A stretch of 51,613 nucleotides of DNA from an uncultured Legionellales bacterium (lineage in GTDB: Bacteria > Pseudomonadota > Gammaproteobacteria > PIVX01), in the NCBI GenBank assembly GCA_964352915.1, contig CAYGTQ010000004.1, positions 1 to 51,613 of the forward strand, written 5' to 3'. The notes beneath the pieces are model-generated. The model worked only from the letters and a program-made list of their open reading frames with translations, was not told where the DNA came from and searched no databases. How positions within the stretch are numbered: the first letter of the stretch is position 1; every line of letters begins with the position of its first letter. Shown here in pieces: positions 50,283 through 51,613 of the stretch. A program made the translations under genes and the position numbers.

Positions 50283-50563
50283 GTTTTTTTAAGCACTCGC
50301 TGCTGTCGAAGCACTTTAGGATCGGCGGTGAGCGCCCGATAAATCTCTATACGCTCACCGCCTGTAATCACTTGCTCAGGTGACACCAGTTTGGCATAAA
50401 CGCCGAGACTCAACTCAGAGTTCTCCAGCTCAGGATAAGCCTGATATAGGCCACTTTGCGCCACAGCGCCTGCCACCGTAGTGCCTTGCATGACATCAAA
50501 ATGAACATGCCACTGAACATGTGCCATAGGTGCATAAATAACTTCAACGGGGTGCATGGCCAT
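50279..50563 (-). CDS. rnfH: RnfH/RatB family ubiquitin-like protein
   Basis: VEVIYA, AV..SGL, GVYAK, ERIEIYRAL.ADPK..R..R; start near 50563/50557 overlapping the ratA end. Confidence 0.9.
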   Translation of the reverse strand: MAMHPVEVIYAPMAHVQWHVHFDVMQGTTVAGAVAQSGLYQAYPELENSELSLGVYAKLVSPEQVITGGERIEIYRALTADPKVLRQQRVLKKT

Positions 50564-50999
50564 AAACATTCTCTGCGCGAGTGATAAAAGCTTGCAGCAT
50601 TTGGCTGGTGAGCTGCTTAAAAATACCATCAAAGGCCAAACGCATCCAACGACTGCTCCAATCAAAGACCAGCTCTAGCTCGATATGAGATACCTTGGCT
50701 GTTAGTACCCGAAACTGCCAGCAGCCTTTAAATTCCTTGAAAGGTCCATCAACCAATTGCATCTCTATGCTCTTGTAAGGACGGAGAATATTACAGGTGG
50801 TGAAAGCCTGGTGCATACCTTTCCAACCTACTGTGAGTTCAGCCACCATCTTCTGATCAGATCGTTCGATGACGGTACTTTGCTCACACCAAGGCAGAAA
50901 ATCCGAGTATAAATCCACCCGATTCACCAAATCAAACATTTGTTCAGGAGCGTAAGGTACTTCTGCCGACTGATGTACATGGCTCATAGTGATACTCAA
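50544..50999 (-). CDS. ratA: RatA/PasT (Coq10/START family) protein
   Basis: VPY..EQMFDLVN.V..Y..FLPWC, FTT.N, LVDGPFK...G.W.F, AFI.RA..VYG; probable start ATG 50987. Confidence 0.92.
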   Translation of the reverse strand: MSITMSHVHQSAEVPYAPEQMFDLVNRVDLYSDFLPWCEQSTVIERSDQKMVAELTVGWKGMHQAFTTCNILRPYKSIEMQLVDGPFKEFKGCWQFRVLTAKVSHIELELVFDWSSRWMRLAFDGIFKQLTSQMLQAFITRAENVYGHAPR

Positions 51000-51071
51000 A
51001 AAACAAAGCCCTTTATAATTGCTATATTAACAGATATGATGGCACTATAGTATGCAGATCAGAATGAAACC

Positions 51072-51533
51072 ATGAGCAGTCAAATTGCGCAACATAAAAA
51101 AGCGCGTTATGAATACCACTTAGCAGAGCGCATTGAAGCAGGGCTTGCGCTTGAGGGTTGGGAAGTCAAAAGCCTACGTGCAGGCAAAGTGCAGATTAAT
51201 GACAGCTATGTGATCATCAAACACAGTGAGATGTGGTTGATTGGCAGCGTGATCCAACCATTGAATACAGCGTCTACCCACAAAACATGCGATCCTCAAC
51301 GTACACGTAAGTTGCTTTTACACCGTACACAAATCAACACGCTGCTTGGCAAAGTGGAACGCAAAGGATTTACCATCGTCCCCACCAATTTGTATTGGAA
51401 AAAAAACCATATCAAGCTTGAAATTGCACTGGCCAAAGGCAAGCATACCCACGATAAGCGCGCCACCATCAAAGAGCGTGAATGGGAAAGGCAAAAGCAC
51501 CGCGTGCTTAAACAACAACGAGATAGTCGATAA
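51072..51533 (+). CDS. smpB: SsrA-binding protein SmpB
   Basis: KKARYEY...[35 protein letters not shown]. Confidence 0.98.
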   Translation: MSSQIAQHKKARYEYHLAERIEAGLALEGWEVKSLRAGKVQINDSYVIIKHSEMWLIGSVIQPLNTASTHKTCDPQRTRKLLLHRTQINTLLGKVERKGFTIVPTNLYWKKNHIKLEIALAKGKHTHDKRATIKEREWERQKHRVLKQQRDSR

Positions 51534-51613
51534 ACCAGCCCATCCGTTGGATTGTCTGAAATGTATTAGCTCAAACTTAATCTGACAGTTGCTATTTATC
51601 AGACATGATTATT

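Noticed and set aside
50279-50999. ratA-rnfH as a type II toxin-antitoxin module
   Set aside because: This is the conserved core pair next to smpB/bamE. RatA is a Coq10-like START protein, so it is not evidence of a mobile TA system.
51534-51613. tmRNA (ssrA) expected after smpB
   Set aside because: No GGGG-initiated tRNA-like 5' end occurs in the remaining 80 nt. It may lie beyond the window.

Overview
This is gammaproteobacterial chromosome, inferred to come from a Legionellales/Coxiella-like host-associated lineage on the basis of gene order and a nucleotide translocase. Two housekeeping blocks flank an accessory region. The left block (1038-18818) is glmM-folP-ftsH-rlmE-greA-carB-carA-dnaJ-dnaK-grpE-hrcA on the minus strand, divergent from nadK-recN, with a CIRCE operator and two sigma32-type promoters. 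The right block (49385-51533) is fur, bamE, rnfH, ratA and smpB. Between recN and fur lies an AT-richer region of about 30.5 kb with no visible integrase, transposase or att repeat. It carries (i) two convergent general-stress units: a membrane-anchored triple CsbD/YjbJ-repeat protein, a dead csbD, dps, two BON proteins, a DUF1207-like protein and two paralogous ribbon-helix-helix-like proteins; (ii) a four-member family of atypical OmpA-C-like proteins, one of them a pseudogene; (iii) an SLC12-type cation-chloride cotransporter, an MFS transporter and a divergent ADP/ATP-translocase-family protein; (iv) a glutamate-peptide/osmotic/Mg2+ module: glutaminase, RimK, a RimK pseudogene, a RimB-type protease, an AstE/AspA deacylase, an M42-like peptidase, two MscS-family channels, CorA/ZntB, CNNM/CorC, MgtE and a stand-alone MgtE cytosolic domain. 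Several pseudogenes missed by the ORF track were found by manual translation and point to ongoing gene decay. No rRNA, tRNA, tmRNA or CRISPR array was seen. All family calls come from motif recognition by eye, not from database searches.
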